The notes under the pieces were generated by a model. The model saw only the letters and a program-made list of their open reading frames with translations, was not told the origin of the DNA and searched no databases. Position numbers and translations under genes: made by a program. Below, in pieces: positions 37,816 through 47,296 of a stretch of 64,000 nucleotides of DNA (position 1 is its first letter; every line of letters starts with the position of its first letter). Source of the DNA: a virus (taxonomy: Duplodnaviria; Caudoviricetes); the IMG/VR virus record IMGVR_UViG_3300037418_000840. One strand, written 5' to 3'.

Positions 37816-38667
37816 ATGAATCAGTACGGGCTTCCTTTGACTGCCCCATCAAAGCAAACGATCCTTCCGGCTGTCCGTCAATCGGATAGTCGTGTCATGG
37901 GCTTCTACGCCATCACAACGACTACCTTCAACGGATCGGAAACGTCGTTCAATCTGGCAGACGGGTCGGTCCCGCTTATGTCGGTGACGACCGACCCGTA
38001 CAACACGACTAACGTGACCGATCCTGACGAGGCGCGTGTTTCGCAGTTCATGGCTGCGGTTTGGCCGGAGACCAAGGAGTATCAACTCCCATGGCGCGGC
38101 TATTCGGCGTTCGTCGATCCGTCAGTGCCAAACGACATCGGCTTCTATTCGTGGTGGTCGATGCCCACCGTGTCGTGGTTCAAACACTTCGGCTACGGAA
38201 CGTATCTGCAGTCGATGAAGTACGGCCTCGGCCAAGTCAACGTCGTTGCACCAACGCCGCCATCAGGACCAAGCGTGACTACTCCACAGGCTCTGACCTG
38301 GGAAGCAACCGTCGATCTCCAGGCGTTTGCCCCCGAATGCTCGTTCTACGATTTCAATTGGGTCACACTGTTCCAACTGCAACCGACGTTCGATCCGACG
38401 CAGGAAGGAAACACGGTGATCCCGGCCAATATCTCGACCGTGTCGAATCCCAACGGGGGCGCGCTCAAGGCCGTGGTCGTTCAGGGTATCGCAGGTTCGG
38501 CTGGTCCCACCGTCTATCCAGGTGGTGGTGTCGTCTACAACACAGTGCGCATCCTGCGTCTGGCTCCGGTCACAGCAGGTGCCTATGCCTTCACCTTCGC
38601 CATCAGCTATACGAACGGCGGCGAAGCACTGTCGGTCAACGCGACGCTCAACTTGACGATAACCTAA
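37816..38667 (+). CDS. Hypothetical beta-rich protein, possibly a virion component
   Basis: AAAGGAG RBS; T/P/aromatic-rich with an Ig-like C-terminus. Confidence 0.55.
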   Translation: MNQYGLPLTAPSKQTILPAVRQSDSRVMGFYAITTTTFNGSETSFNLADGSVPLMSVTTDPYNTTNVTDPDEARVSQFMAAVWPETKEYQLPWRGYSAFVDPSVPNDIGFYSWWSMPTVSWFKHFGYGTYLQSMKYGLGQVNVVAPTPPSGPSVTTPQALTWEATVDLQAFAPECSFYDFNWVTLFQLQPTFDPTQEGNTVIPANISTVSNPNGGALKAVVVQGIAGSAGPTVYPGGGVVYNTVRILRLAPVTAGAYAFTFAISYTNGGEALSVNATLNLTIT

Positions 38668-38721
38668 GCCAGCGCCGCGCGTAAATAACAAGGCTGAAGC
38701 TAAACCCTTACTCCCACACTT

Positions 38722-39828
38722 ATGCAAGCTCAACTCGACTCAGAACTGGTCCAAGAGGCGCTTCAGGTAGTTACGCGCCTCAGTCCACCGATGACGGGTA
38801 ACGTGACGCTCAAAGCCGACGGCGGGAAACTCTTCTTGCTGTCGGCTTCTGATCTTTCGAATTGCACAATCCAGATACCGGGTCGTGTCGAAGGAAGCGC
38901 GCTGTTCGCCATCCCAACACAAGCCTTCCAAGCGGCTATCAAAGGCAGGAAGGAAGTAAGTCTGTCGTACGCCAATACCGTGCTACGCATCAAGGCCGGC
39001 CGTTACGTTGCTGAACTGACCACAGTCGATGCCATCCTTGCCGAAGACGAGCAAGCGCAGGGCGACGATCGTCAGGAGTGGCGCGTTTCTAGCGAACAGA
39101 TGCAATGGCTAAGGCAAGCCGTGTCCGCTGTGTCACTCAAGCCGACAATGAACCTTACGGCCTATATGCCGGTCAGTGTCATCTTGACGAAGCGTGCAGC
39201 CTTTGTCGCCTGTTACGACGAACAGCATATGGCATTCGTGTCGTCGAAAGAAATCACTGGCGATCTGAACGTGACCTTGCCGTTGGAAACGGCGGTCGCT
39301 GTCTTCGACACGTTCAACAAGCTGCCTTGCCGCATGGTAGTCACTCCGTCGGCACTCTTCGTGTCGAACAAGCTGATCAAGGTCCAACTGGCGTTGCCGG
39401 AGCCTAGCGATCAGCAACGCGATAGCACCGAAGTCCGGGCAATGGCTAAGGAAGCCCTGACGGTAGACGCGCACACGATCAAGCTGAGTAAGAAGGACGT
39501 GGCAACCTTCATGGAGAACGCCAGGGCCATCATCACCAAAGAGCGGCCAGAGCTCGAGATTGCGACCGAGCAAGGAAAGTGTGTTTTCTCTGTGAAGACC
39601 ACCATCGGTCGTACCAAGACGTCGGTCAAAGCCCAGGCCAAGAACGCTACACGGTTTGTCATCGACTACGAATACTTCGATGAGGCACTGCGTAAGTGTC
39701 CCGACGAATTGGTGCTTCGCCTAGCCGGTGAAGACTTCCTGGCGTTCCGAGGCAAAGACGCACGAGTCCTGGTCAGTTTGAACCAAGAAGGTGATGCGAA
39801 GGAAGAAGAGGAGACTGCTGATGAGTGA
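38722..39828 (+). CDS. dnaN: Sliding clamp, bacterial beta (DnaN)-like
   Basis: 368 aa, close to the bacterial beta-subunit length; alternating helix/beta pattern consistent with three domains; N-terminus resembles DnaN; lies in a cluster with the DnaX-like loader. Confidence 0.75.
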   Translation: MQAQLDSELVQEALQVVTRLSPPMTGNVTLKADGGKLFLLSASDLSNCTIQIPGRVEGSALFAIPTQAFQAAIKGRKEVSLSYANTVLRIKAGRYVAELTTVDAILAEDEQAQGDDRQEWRVSSEQMQWLRQAVSAVSLKPTMNLTAYMPVSVILTKRAAFVACYDEQHMAFVSSKEITGDLNVTLPLETAVAVFDTFNKLPCRMVVTPSALFVSNKLIKVQLALPEPSDQQRDSTEVRAMAKEALTVDAHTIKLSKKDVATFMENARAIITKERPELEIATEQGKCVFSVKTTIGRTKTSVKAQAKNATRFVIDYEYFDEALRKCPDELVLRLAGEDFLAFRGKDARVLVSLNQEGDAKEEEETADE

Positions 39829-40243
39829 CGTCCAGAAATTGCCCGACACGGCACGGACATTCATCGACGTTGAGCCCGGTCTCTTCTTCGAAATCAGCGG
39901 CCTCGGTGTAGCCGCCAACGCCGTGTTCTTTGCAGAACACAAAGGTCCTTCCGTGTTTGGCATCGGACCTCAGATCAACGTCAACGGCATGTTCGCTGTC
40001 TATTGGTTGACAAAGGGCGAAACACGAGTGGGATTGCTTTTCACGTCGACCTTCCAGGTGATAAACGCCGGAGGCTACCTAGTGGCCTTTATGAATCAAG
40101 CTCGAGGCCGTGCTTCTCAGGTCGACGTGCTGTTCAAGTCTGATGACTTGGGACTCGTGATCTACAATTTCCCGAATCGTGGGACAATGGTGGTCCTCAC
40201 CAAGATTGGGGACGAAGTGCTCACCATATTCGAGGAACAGTGA
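39821..40243 (+). CDS. Hypothetical protein
   Basis: ATG at 39821 overlaps the end of the clamp gene. Confidence 0.55.
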   Translation: MSDVQKLPDTARTFIDVEPGLFFEISGLGVAANAVFFAEHKGPSVFGIGPQINVNGMFAVYWLTKGETRVGLLFTSTFQVINAGGYLVAFMNQARGRASQVDVLFKSDDLGLVIYNFPNRGTMVVLTKIGDEVLTIFEEQ

Positions 40244-40497
40244 TGGCCACTAATCGCGAACGATTGATAGCCGCCTATAGGGAAGAACGTGCCGATGGAA
40301 GCAGTCCTCGAGCAGCATTGTCTGGGGCTCAAGCTGCGATAGCGGACTTCACGCCATGCGCGGCCACTGTTGCGGCCCATCGTGTTCGTACACGATCCAA
40401 GTTGCTGACTGGACTACGTGATACCTGGAGACTTGCGTATTCCGTGGCTCGAATAGAAGCGCGTTCTCTGTACAGGAGGCCTAATGGCCCGGCGTGA
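40240..40497 (+). CDS. Hypothetical protein
   Basis: GAGGA RBS, GTGA overlap with the upstream gene. Confidence 0.5.
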   Translation: MMATNRERLIAAYREERADGSSPRAALSGAQAAIADFTPCAATVAAHRVRTRSKLLTGLRDTWRLAYSVARIEARSLYRRPNGPA

Positions 40498-41038
40498 ACA
40501 AGACGAAATCGACCTGATTGCTTTGATGCGATCGGTCAAGAAGGACAAGAAGTACACTCGATTCGCACGTATCATCCAGCTTGTGTCGGATCGACTCAAT
40601 ATCGAAAAGGATCGGCAAGAAGCAATGGCGCTTCACGCGTCACGTACCAGTCGAGCCCTACACGGGGGCAAGCGTTACAGCCCTCGTGCATTGATCGACG
40701 CTAATCTTAAAGACTTGTCGACCCGTGCTCGTCTCGTGGAGATGCGGGTCAAGGCAAGCTATCAGGTTGAAGTTCTGGAGGACGCTTGTGAGGCTATGCG
40801 CCATCACTTGGTCACCGAATACAACCAGGAGCTACGGTCGTACTCGACTGAGGCCCAGCGAGGAGCGTTCATTAAGCGGGTGCAGCGGCAGGCTCTAGAA
40901 TTGATGGCCGAAAGCAAGTCGTTGCTCGACATGTTCGATCAGATTATCAAGGACATCGATCAAGCCTCGTACGCATTGCGTGCAACGCTTGACAGCTTGA
41001 AACTCCTAGACGGTGCTAAGGGCGGGCGCGTCATATAA
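40484..41038 (+). CDS. Helical protein, possibly a UvsY-like recombination mediator
   Basis: All-alpha; C-terminal IIKDIDQASYALRA..DSLKL..G resembles the UvsY C-terminus; close to the UvsW-like gene. Confidence 0.35.
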   Translation: MARREQDEIDLIALMRSVKKDKKYTRFARIIQLVSDRLNIEKDRQEAMALHASRTSRALHGGKRYSPRALIDANLKDLSTRARLVEMRVKASYQVEVLEDACEAMRHHLVTEYNQELRSYSTEAQRGAFIKRVQRQALELMAESKSLLDMFDQIIKDIDQASYALRATLDSLKLLDGAKGGRVI

Positions 41039-41053
41039 ACTAGGAGTCCAGAC

Positions 41054-41509
41054 ATGCCAACACTTCGTTCGTTCTATGATGGTTTCCAGGCCAAGACTGA
41101 ACCGGCAGTACGTCAGCTTTGGAAGTATTCCGAATTCGAGACCAAGATGGGGCCTCGTCGCGAGATAACGTTCATTGGTGGTGCGGTCGTAATCCAAGAG
41201 ACACCGCCTACTGATGAGCTCTCCGTACTGGTCATGCCGGTGACGGACACCAGGGTCTTCAAACATACCGCCTACTTGCTGGCCTTCCTCGCCGATTCCT
41301 ATTTGGCGAACGACGTGCCCCAGCTTCAAGTTCGCCTCTATGGTCAAGCCTATCAGGCGTTCGTCCCGGTAAATACATTCGACGTACAGCCTGTGACTGG
41401 CGTTGGGACCATCGAACACGTTGATCGCTTCGGAAATTCTAGCGAGAAGGAGTTGGCACGCACTCACGCGGTACTCGTCAAACGATTTGTGAAGGAACAT
41501 CATGGATAA
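41054..41509 (+). CDS. Hypothetical protein
   Basis: AGGAG RBS; packed in the operon. Confidence 0.55.
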   Translation: MPTLRSFYDGFQAKTEPAVRQLWKYSEFETKMGPRREITFIGGAVVIQETPPTDELSVLVMPVTDTRVFKHTAYLLAFLADSYLANDVPQLQVRLYGQAYQAFVPVNTFDVQPVTGVGTIEHVDRFGNSSEKELARTHAVLVKRFVKEHHG

Positions 41510-41966
41510 CTATGTGATCGTAAGTGGGCCGGCCCTTGCCACTTCGTCGAGTGCCTTTCAGTATCTGGCACTGTTGGACACGGCAACGGGGCAGAACATT
41601 GCATCGTTGGAGGTCGATCGTGGGGCTCAGATCAAGACGATGATCATAACTGGAGCCCTCAGCACCTACGATGAGATCGAGGCACTGCTCGACTTTGTCC
41701 TAGCCCTGACCGCGCAATTCCGGGGCCAGTATCTGTCACTCACCGACATGAACGCGCGTAAGATGGCCGACGTGGTGACCTTCTGTCAATCGATCGGGGC
41801 CCTGTCTGCCAAACTCAACAAGTTGGCGCTCGTTGCAGAGGCTAAAGTCAGCGGTTATCAATCGAACATGGCGGTCAACAGTGTGCGGTTCGAGAACGAC
41901 AACATCGTCGGCCTCGCGCAGGTCACAAGTCCGTCGGACATCCTCATGACGATCAAGGGCACCTAA
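41502..41966 (+). CDS. Hypothetical protein
   Basis: GAAGGA RBS; coupled to the helicase gene. Confidence 0.55.
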   Translation: MDNYVIVSGPALATSSSAFQYLALLDTATGQNIASLEVDRGAQIKTMIITGALSTYDEIEALLDFVLALTAQFRGQYLSLTDMNARKMADVVTFCQSIGALSAKLNKLALVAEAKVSGYQSNMAVNSVRFENDNIVGLAQVTSPSDILMTIKGT

Positions 41967-43498
41967 TGGGTCTGGCTACGACAGAAAAGCCAATCATCGT
42001 TCACGCGCGGGAGGCCTTCCTTATAAACAGGAAGGACTTACCGCGCGACGTGCGTGAACGCCTGATCGATAAGTTCAGGTTCATGTTCTACGATGAGAAG
42101 GTGTGCAACAAGTGCGAGAATCGTGAAGACCGCCATAACGAAATCTGCGACACGTGTGCCGCGTTCGGTGGTGGGGCTGAGCTCGCTACCCAGGTTAAGA
42201 TTGGAGACCGAACCTTCCTTAAGACACCGATCGGTAACAAGATCGGTCTCACCAATGTGTTAGCCCATGCGGGCATCGACTACAAGATCAAACGCCATCA
42301 TCCGGACAACGTGATGGGGCGACGCATCAAGTTCACGGGTACGCTGAAAGACCATCAGCCGCCGGCGGTCACTGCTATTCTGGAAAAGAAGCGTGGCGTA
42401 CTGCGCAGTCCACCACGGAGCGGCAAGACCGTGATGGCAACGGCAGCCATTTGCAAGATCGGCAAGAAGACGATCATCATGGCATCACAACGCGAATGGC
42501 TTCTTGGTTTCAAGGAGACGTTCGTAGGCAGCAGGACCCAGGAACCGTTGACCAATTGCCGGGCGTCCCAGATAGGGTTCGCCAAGCGCTATGAAGACTT
42601 CCTAAAGTACGACATCTGCTTGGTGACTGTCCAAACCTTCTATAGCGAGAAGGGGCAGCGACTTCTACGTAAGATCAGGGACATGTTCAGTGTCTTGATC
42701 ATTGACGAAGTCCACACGGGCGCAGCACCGAAGTACGCTGTGGCCGTATCGCAGTTGAACTGCGAGTACATGGTGGGTCTCTCGGGTACTCCGTCGCGTA
42801 AGGACGGCCGCTACGTCATCATGAAGAACCTGATCGGCCCTCTCTTGGCCGACATCAAGGTCGAGCGGCTGCGGCCTCACGTGCGTCTGACCAGGACTGG
42901 ATACAGCCAGAACTTCAAACGCGCGCCATGGACGCGGATGGTCAGCAGTCTGGAGAAGAATCCTCAGCGGCTTAAACTCATCGCACAGTGGGCAATCAAG
43001 GACGCGCGTGCTGGACATATGGTGCTCATTCCGTTCGCTCAGGTGACGCCCATAAAGGCACTGGTCAAAGCCATCAACATCATGGCCGGAAAGACGTTGG
43101 CCTATCCATTCTTTGGTGGCCTGAAGAAAAACGACCGTGATCGATATATCCAGGCGGCTCGGAAGTACAAGATTCGTATCTTGGTTGGGAACATCAAGCT
43201 ACTGTCAACAGGGACCAACATCCCACGAGCAAGTGCGCTGTACGAAGTAACAATGAGCTCCAACATGGAGAACTGTGAGCAGCGGATCAGTCGCGTGCTG
43301 ACCCCGTGGGACGACAAGCCTCAGCCTATCATTCGTATCTTCCTCGACGAGATGAACGTAAGGAAGAACTGTTTGCGTACCGAATGGTTCCGCTGCATGA
43401 AACCCAAATTCCGTCCAGTGATTCAAGCCAAGGATGAGGAAGCCCTTCGTGGTTATTTCTCAAACCGTGGACGCGAGATGTCTCGATTGGAGTTCTAA
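41966..43498 (+). CDS. uvsW: Superfamily 2 helicase, UvsW-like
   Basis: SPPRSGKT, DEVH, GLSGTP, TGTNIP, QRISRV motifs; N-terminal CxxC...CxxC. Confidence 0.85.
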   Translation: MGLATTEKPIIVHAREAFLINRKDLPRDVRERLIDKFRFMFYDEKVCNKCENREDRHNEICDTCAAFGGGAELATQVKIGDRTFLKTPIGNKIGLTNVLAHAGIDYKIKRHHPDNVMGRRIKFTGTLKDHQPPAVTAILEKKRGVLRSPPRSGKTVMATAAICKIGKKTIIMASQREWLLGFKETFVGSRTQEPLTNCRASQIGFAKRYEDFLKYDICLVTVQTFYSEKGQRLLRKIRDMFSVLIIDEVHTGAAPKYAVAVSQLNCEYMVGLSGTPSRKDGRYVIMKNLIGPLLADIKVERLRPHVRLTRTGYSQNFKRAPWTRMVSSLEKNPQRLKLIAQWAIKDARAGHMVLIPFAQVTPIKALVKAINIMAGKTLAYPFFGGLKKNDRDRYIQAARKYKIRILVGNIKLLSTGTNIPRASALYEVTMSSNMENCEQRISRVLTPWDDKPQPIIRIFLDEMNVRKNCLRTEWFRCMKPKFRPVIQAKDEEALRGYFSNRGREMSRLEF

Positions 43499-43893
43499 TG
43501 ATCTATCCTGAAATCCAGCTGGCTATGGAGCTCACGCTCCAAGATTCCTTAGTGGTGCGTACTGTCCACATGTTGATGATGCAGCACAACACCGTGGCCC
43601 TATGGCTCGAACAGACGTACGGGACGGTCGACGTGCGGGGCCGAACGATGACCGTTGACCAACAGATGGAATTGGCGGCCCTGCTAAACGAAGTGAAGAC
43701 CGAATGGGTGGCGCGTAATCCTCAACACAAAGACATACTGACCTATGTCATGTTCGAGGTCGAACCCCGGTTCTTACCACGCTTCGGCTTCCCAGAAACG
43801 ATGGACGCTAACGACATGGCGCGTATCCTGCGCTTACTGTCACAGATTGGTGGCGCAGATCTTGAATTGCTAGACATCACCTCAGCACATTGA
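43498..43893 (+). CDS. Hypothetical protein
   Basis: TAATG stop/start overlap with the helicase. Confidence 0.55.
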   Translation: MIYPEIQLAMELTLQDSLVVRTVHMLMMQHNTVALWLEQTYGTVDVRGRTMTVDQQMELAALLNEVKTEWVARNPQHKDILTYVMFEVEPRFLPRFGFPETMDANDMARILRLLSQIGGADLELLDITSAH

Positions 43894-43926
43894 CTGTAAA
43901 TAGAATAGGCCACAACGGAGGCCATC

Positions 43927-44724
43927 GTGCAACCACTTCTCCCAAGACTGCATTCAGATGTTCCTGAGTCACTGACTGTGACCAACAAACTTCCAACCGA
44001 GCCGGCCCCGCCCGGCCTCGCCTACTACGTGGCGTCTTCCGTAGAATGGTCGGCTGACGATCTCCGTCTAGCCTTCGACCGTTTGTTCACTGTTTATGAT
44101 TTCAGTATAAGAGGCTTCTCTTCGAGCCTAGAGGCCAATCCAAAGGCAATGTACCTACATCGCGTGACCGCCGCGGAATGTGACCGCCTATACTATCTTG
44201 GGTGGAACACCGTTGAACGTTACACTGGTGGTGTGATCATAGCACGATCACATGAAGTCCATGTGATTGAACCACGACCGCGCGTGCCTCTTCAAGACGT
44301 GATAGCTGTACAGCGATTGGTCCAGGCGTTCTACGCTGGATGCAATCGTATGTCTGCGGTCTTCTACAGTTGCGATCCAGCACCGGAGCGACGAGAGTTT
44401 CTTGTTCAGATCGTTCTTCAGTTTGAACACAGCGTTCAGGGTTATGGATTTACGAACGTTAATCTCGAAAGAGAAGGTGATGCTGGACTTTTCATTACCT
44501 TTAGCTGTGCTGGGTTTGATCGCCGTCGGTATCGTATCTATCTGACGGCCAACGATCCTCTAATGTGGGTCACTTCATCTTCACTGGATGCGGCACTAAA
44601 CGCCTTGTCGTTGCTGTGGCCGTCTCAATGGACAAAAGGATCCCACGGCGACGTACACGTTGAAGGACTGATCGTCAACCGAGCAGCGCATCCACGCGCA
44701 CGAATTAATGAAGGTTTAGAATGA
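43927..44724 (+). CDS. Hypothetical protein
   Basis: GGAGG RBS, GTG start, downstream of GTAAATA. Confidence 0.6.
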   Translation: MQPLLPRLHSDVPESLTVTNKLPTEPAPPGLAYYVASSVEWSADDLRLAFDRLFTVYDFSIRGFSSSLEANPKAMYLHRVTAAECDRLYYLGWNTVERYTGGVIIARSHEVHVIEPRPRVPLQDVIAVQRLVQAFYAGCNRMSAVFYSCDPAPERREFLVQIVLQFEHSVQGYGFTNVNLEREGDAGLFITFSCAGFDRRRYRIYLTANDPLMWVTSSSLDAALNALSLLWPSQWTKGSHGDVHVEGLIVNRAAHPRARINEGLE

Positions 44725-45536
44725 AAGAGATAGTCAAACGCGGTCCGGCACAGCGTAGGCCATTTGGGGCTAAAAGGGCTCACCCGGCGACCAAAAAGAC
44801 CCCAAAGTATCGTCCTGAGGACGAGGCAACTGTCGAAGACGTAGTAGCGGCCCAAAACAAGGCACGGACTGCAGCAGACAGCAAACAGGCTGAACGCAGG
44901 GAACGCCAGCGGCCACCCGTCGCCCGATTGGAACGTGGGACATTACCGGTCAAGATCGAAGTCCAGTCCAATCCACAGATGCGGACCATCGTGCCCGGGA
45001 ACGTGTGGCGTACACGGGCTTTCAAATGGGATCCCATGACCTTCGGTGTTGAGAGCGAGCGCCTGAACGAAAAGGTGATCGACGTCGATACACAGAATCG
45101 TAGTCTGGCCATGTGGCTTGACGATCCATCATATCCGTATGTGTACGGTGTGACAGGATCACCAGACGATGCGGATGCCAAATACTTCGCGGCCTATCTC
45201 GTTCAGGCGCACATGTCGTACATGGGGCACAAGGCCAATGTCGTATGGCACACACTGTACGGTGATTTCAATAATCGGATCCTTAAAGAATATGATGAGA
45301 TCGACGGGAAGAGTTCACCGTCGCTCATCATTCTATCCAACATGACGCCCAACAGCACGAGCGTCAAGTTGGAAAAGGCGCGGGACATATTGGAACGGTT
45401 CGCCGACATCCCGCGTATCGTAGTGGCGGCTGGTGAGGACCCGTTCTCCTTTGTGACCATGCGCCTTTACAGTCCGATCCATGCTTTGGCCTATTTCAGC
45501 TCGACACTGGTCAAGAAGCGTATGGAGATCATTTGA
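44721..45536 (+). CDS. Possible degenerate DnaC/IstB-like P-loop protein (helicase loader?)
   Basis: A hydrophobic strand is followed by GSPDDADAK where a Walker A would sit, then LIILSN where a Walker B would sit; upstream of DnaB. Weak. Confidence 0.3.
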   Translation: MKEIVKRGPAQRRPFGAKRAHPATKKTPKYRPEDEATVEDVVAAQNKARTAADSKQAERRERQRPPVARLERGTLPVKIEVQSNPQMRTIVPGNVWRTRAFKWDPMTFGVESERLNEKVIDVDTQNRSLAMWLDDPSYPYVYGVTGSPDDADAKYFAAYLVQAHMSYMGHKANVVWHTLYGDFNNRILKEYDEIDGKSSPSLIILSNMTPNSTSVKLEKARDILERFADIPRIVVAAGEDPFSFVTMRLYSPIHALAYFSSTLVKKRMEII

Positions 45537-46036
45537 TGGACGACCCATTGTTCGCTGACGAGGAACATCGTCATCAGGTACACGTTGTCGACTGCACGAC
45601 TATCAACACATTGTTGATCAGCCTGTGTCAAATCAGATTCATCGACATCAAATTCCTGACCAAAGAAGAAATTCTGGACCAGGGTCACGATGAAGATACT
45701 AGCTGGAGTGCGCCACCAGACCTGATCGTTATAGGCCACTTCGATTGTGACGAGCGTGCTTGTCTTTCACTGGCCCATGAGGTTGGTCACTGCATGGCGG
45801 CCCCAGGTCAGGCGCTAGATAAGATGGAGCAGGAGTGTAGTGCATGGGCCTGGGCCGTGGCCTTCATCAAGTCGGTGGCTCCCGATTTCAAGTTCAGTCC
45901 TTTGGCTATCGAATGGGCAATCGATCAGTTGAGGACCTATGAGCGCTACTATCAGAATGCAGGTGGCGCGCATTTGCAATCGCGTGATCGGCAGACACCG
46001 CCTGACGTGTTGCGCACCCTCTGGTCTCTGACATGA
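45533..46036 (+). CDS. HExxH metallopeptidase-like protein (ImmA/IrrE type)
   Basis: SLAHEVGHC followed by EQECSAWAWAVAF. Confidence 0.55.
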   Translation: MMDDPLFADEEHRHQVHVVDCTTINTLLISLCQIRFIDIKFLTKEEILDQGHDEDTSWSAPPDLIVIGHFDCDERACLSLAHEVGHCMAAPGQALDKMEQECSAWAWAVAFIKSVAPDFKFSPLAIEWAIDQLRTYERYYQNAGGAHLQSRDRQTPPDVLRTLWSLT

Positions 46037-46149
46037 AACCTCGATGCACGGCCTGTCAGGCGATCGTTCTCCTATTCTACATGTTGATCGTTGTCCTTCC
46101 AGTAGCTGCCTATCACTGGTTGACCGACGCATCACCTACTGAAGACTAA
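46033..46149 (+). CDS. 38-aa single-pass membrane peptide; absent from the ORF track
   Basis: Translated by hand: MKPRCTACQAIVLLFYMLIVVLPVAAYHWLTDASPTED*. ATGA overlap upstream; stop is 1 nt before the next ATG. Confidence 0.6.
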   Translation: MKPRCTACQAIVLLFYMLIVVLPVAAYHWLTDASPTED

Positions 46150-46150
46150 C

Positions 46151-46765
46151 ATGGCATACAAAATTACGCACAGCGAAGGTAAGCAGGCATTTCCTGCTGA
46201 TCTATGGGCGATGCTCAACGAGATCGATGCCGATGTATGGACAGCAAATTCCAATAAGCCTGATTCCATGGAGGTCAGGGCTAAAGTTGTGGCCGAAACG
46301 AAGGCCGTCATCGACCGATGGGTGATCGACCGTCTGATCCAAGATGGAACCGCAGTCTGTGATGCGTCGGTCAACCATCCAAAGATATGGAACGCGGGTG
46401 AGTGTTACATGATAGTCGTGCTGACCTTGACGCCTACTCTATCAGTGGTTGTTCGCTACTATATAGGGAGTCCGGATCATGATCGATACTTCCGAGCCGA
46501 AGTCGAGACCACGACCGAACCTGTACCGTTTGCTATCCTACGCGAACGACATGAGTTGGCTAAGACGGCCTTAGCCAAGGCACGTGAAGAAGCTGAAGCT
46601 GCGTGTGCCGCAGCCTATGCCGCGTGTCCGCACGAAGTGATAATGAACAAAGAATGTCACGTCAGGAGCACGCACATAGATCGTGGATACACTGCTAAGT
46701 GGCAAGAGTGTACGTTCTGTGGCAAGAAGGTGAACTCACCGCTGGTGATCGGTACCTACTCCTAA
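46151..46765 (+). CDS. Hypothetical protein with a C-terminal C/H metal motif
   Basis: CPHE...CTFCGK. Confidence 0.55.
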   Translation: MAYKITHSEGKQAFPADLWAMLNEIDADVWTANSNKPDSMEVRAKVVAETKAVIDRWVIDRLIQDGTAVCDASVNHPKIWNAGECYMIVVLTLTPTLSVVVRYYIGSPDHDRYFRAEVETTTEPVPFAILRERHELAKTALAKAREEAEAACAAAYAACPHEVIMNKECHVRSTHIDRGYTAKWQECTFCGKKVNSPLVIGTYS

Positions 46766-46786
46766 TTTAACTATCCTAGACCTAAC

Positions 46787-47257
46787 ATGAATGCCCACCA
46801 ACGAAGAGTGCGTCGCCGGCTAAACGCGCGGAACCGTATCTACCCTGGAGTTACGGTCAAAGAGGTCGATCAGTCGACGGTCGTACAAGGACAGCCTGTG
46901 AGTTTGGCCCTCTGTATGACGCCGCCACCACGGCCTCTTCTACAAGTAGACGAACTCAAGCACGAACTGACCCTGTGCTTCCGTTCTGTTCTGTTGATCA
47001 ACGACAACAGGATCGACGACTTTGTGCGTCGTCAACTGTTGAACGTAGTGGATCGCCTGTTCGAGACGCGGGTTCCACTGGTAGTCCGTCACCAGGCAAC
47101 CTGTGATGCGACCAACAATCCACCGTCAGTGGTGGACGAGAACGGCTTAGTCCTTCATGTCGAAGCCTGGAACGGGGCCAGTCAGTTGATCGGTGCATGG
47201 GCCTTCACGAAGACTCCGATAGGAGTCCAGGTCGAAGATCTTTACTCAAGATGGTAA
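46787..47257 (+). CDS. Hypothetical protein
   Basis: MNAHQRRVRRR N-terminus, a type common in phage accessory genes. Confidence 0.55.
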   Translation: MNAHQRRVRRRLNARNRIYPGVTVKEVDQSTVVQGQPVSLALCMTPPPRPLLQVDELKHELTLCFRSVLLINDNRIDDFVRRQLLNVVDRLFETRVPLVVRHQATCDATNNPPSVVDENGLVLHVEAWNGASQLIGAWAFTKTPIGVQVEDLYSRW

Positions 47258-47296
47258 ATAAGGTGGTTAGGCGTACAGAACTCAATGAGGTAGACC

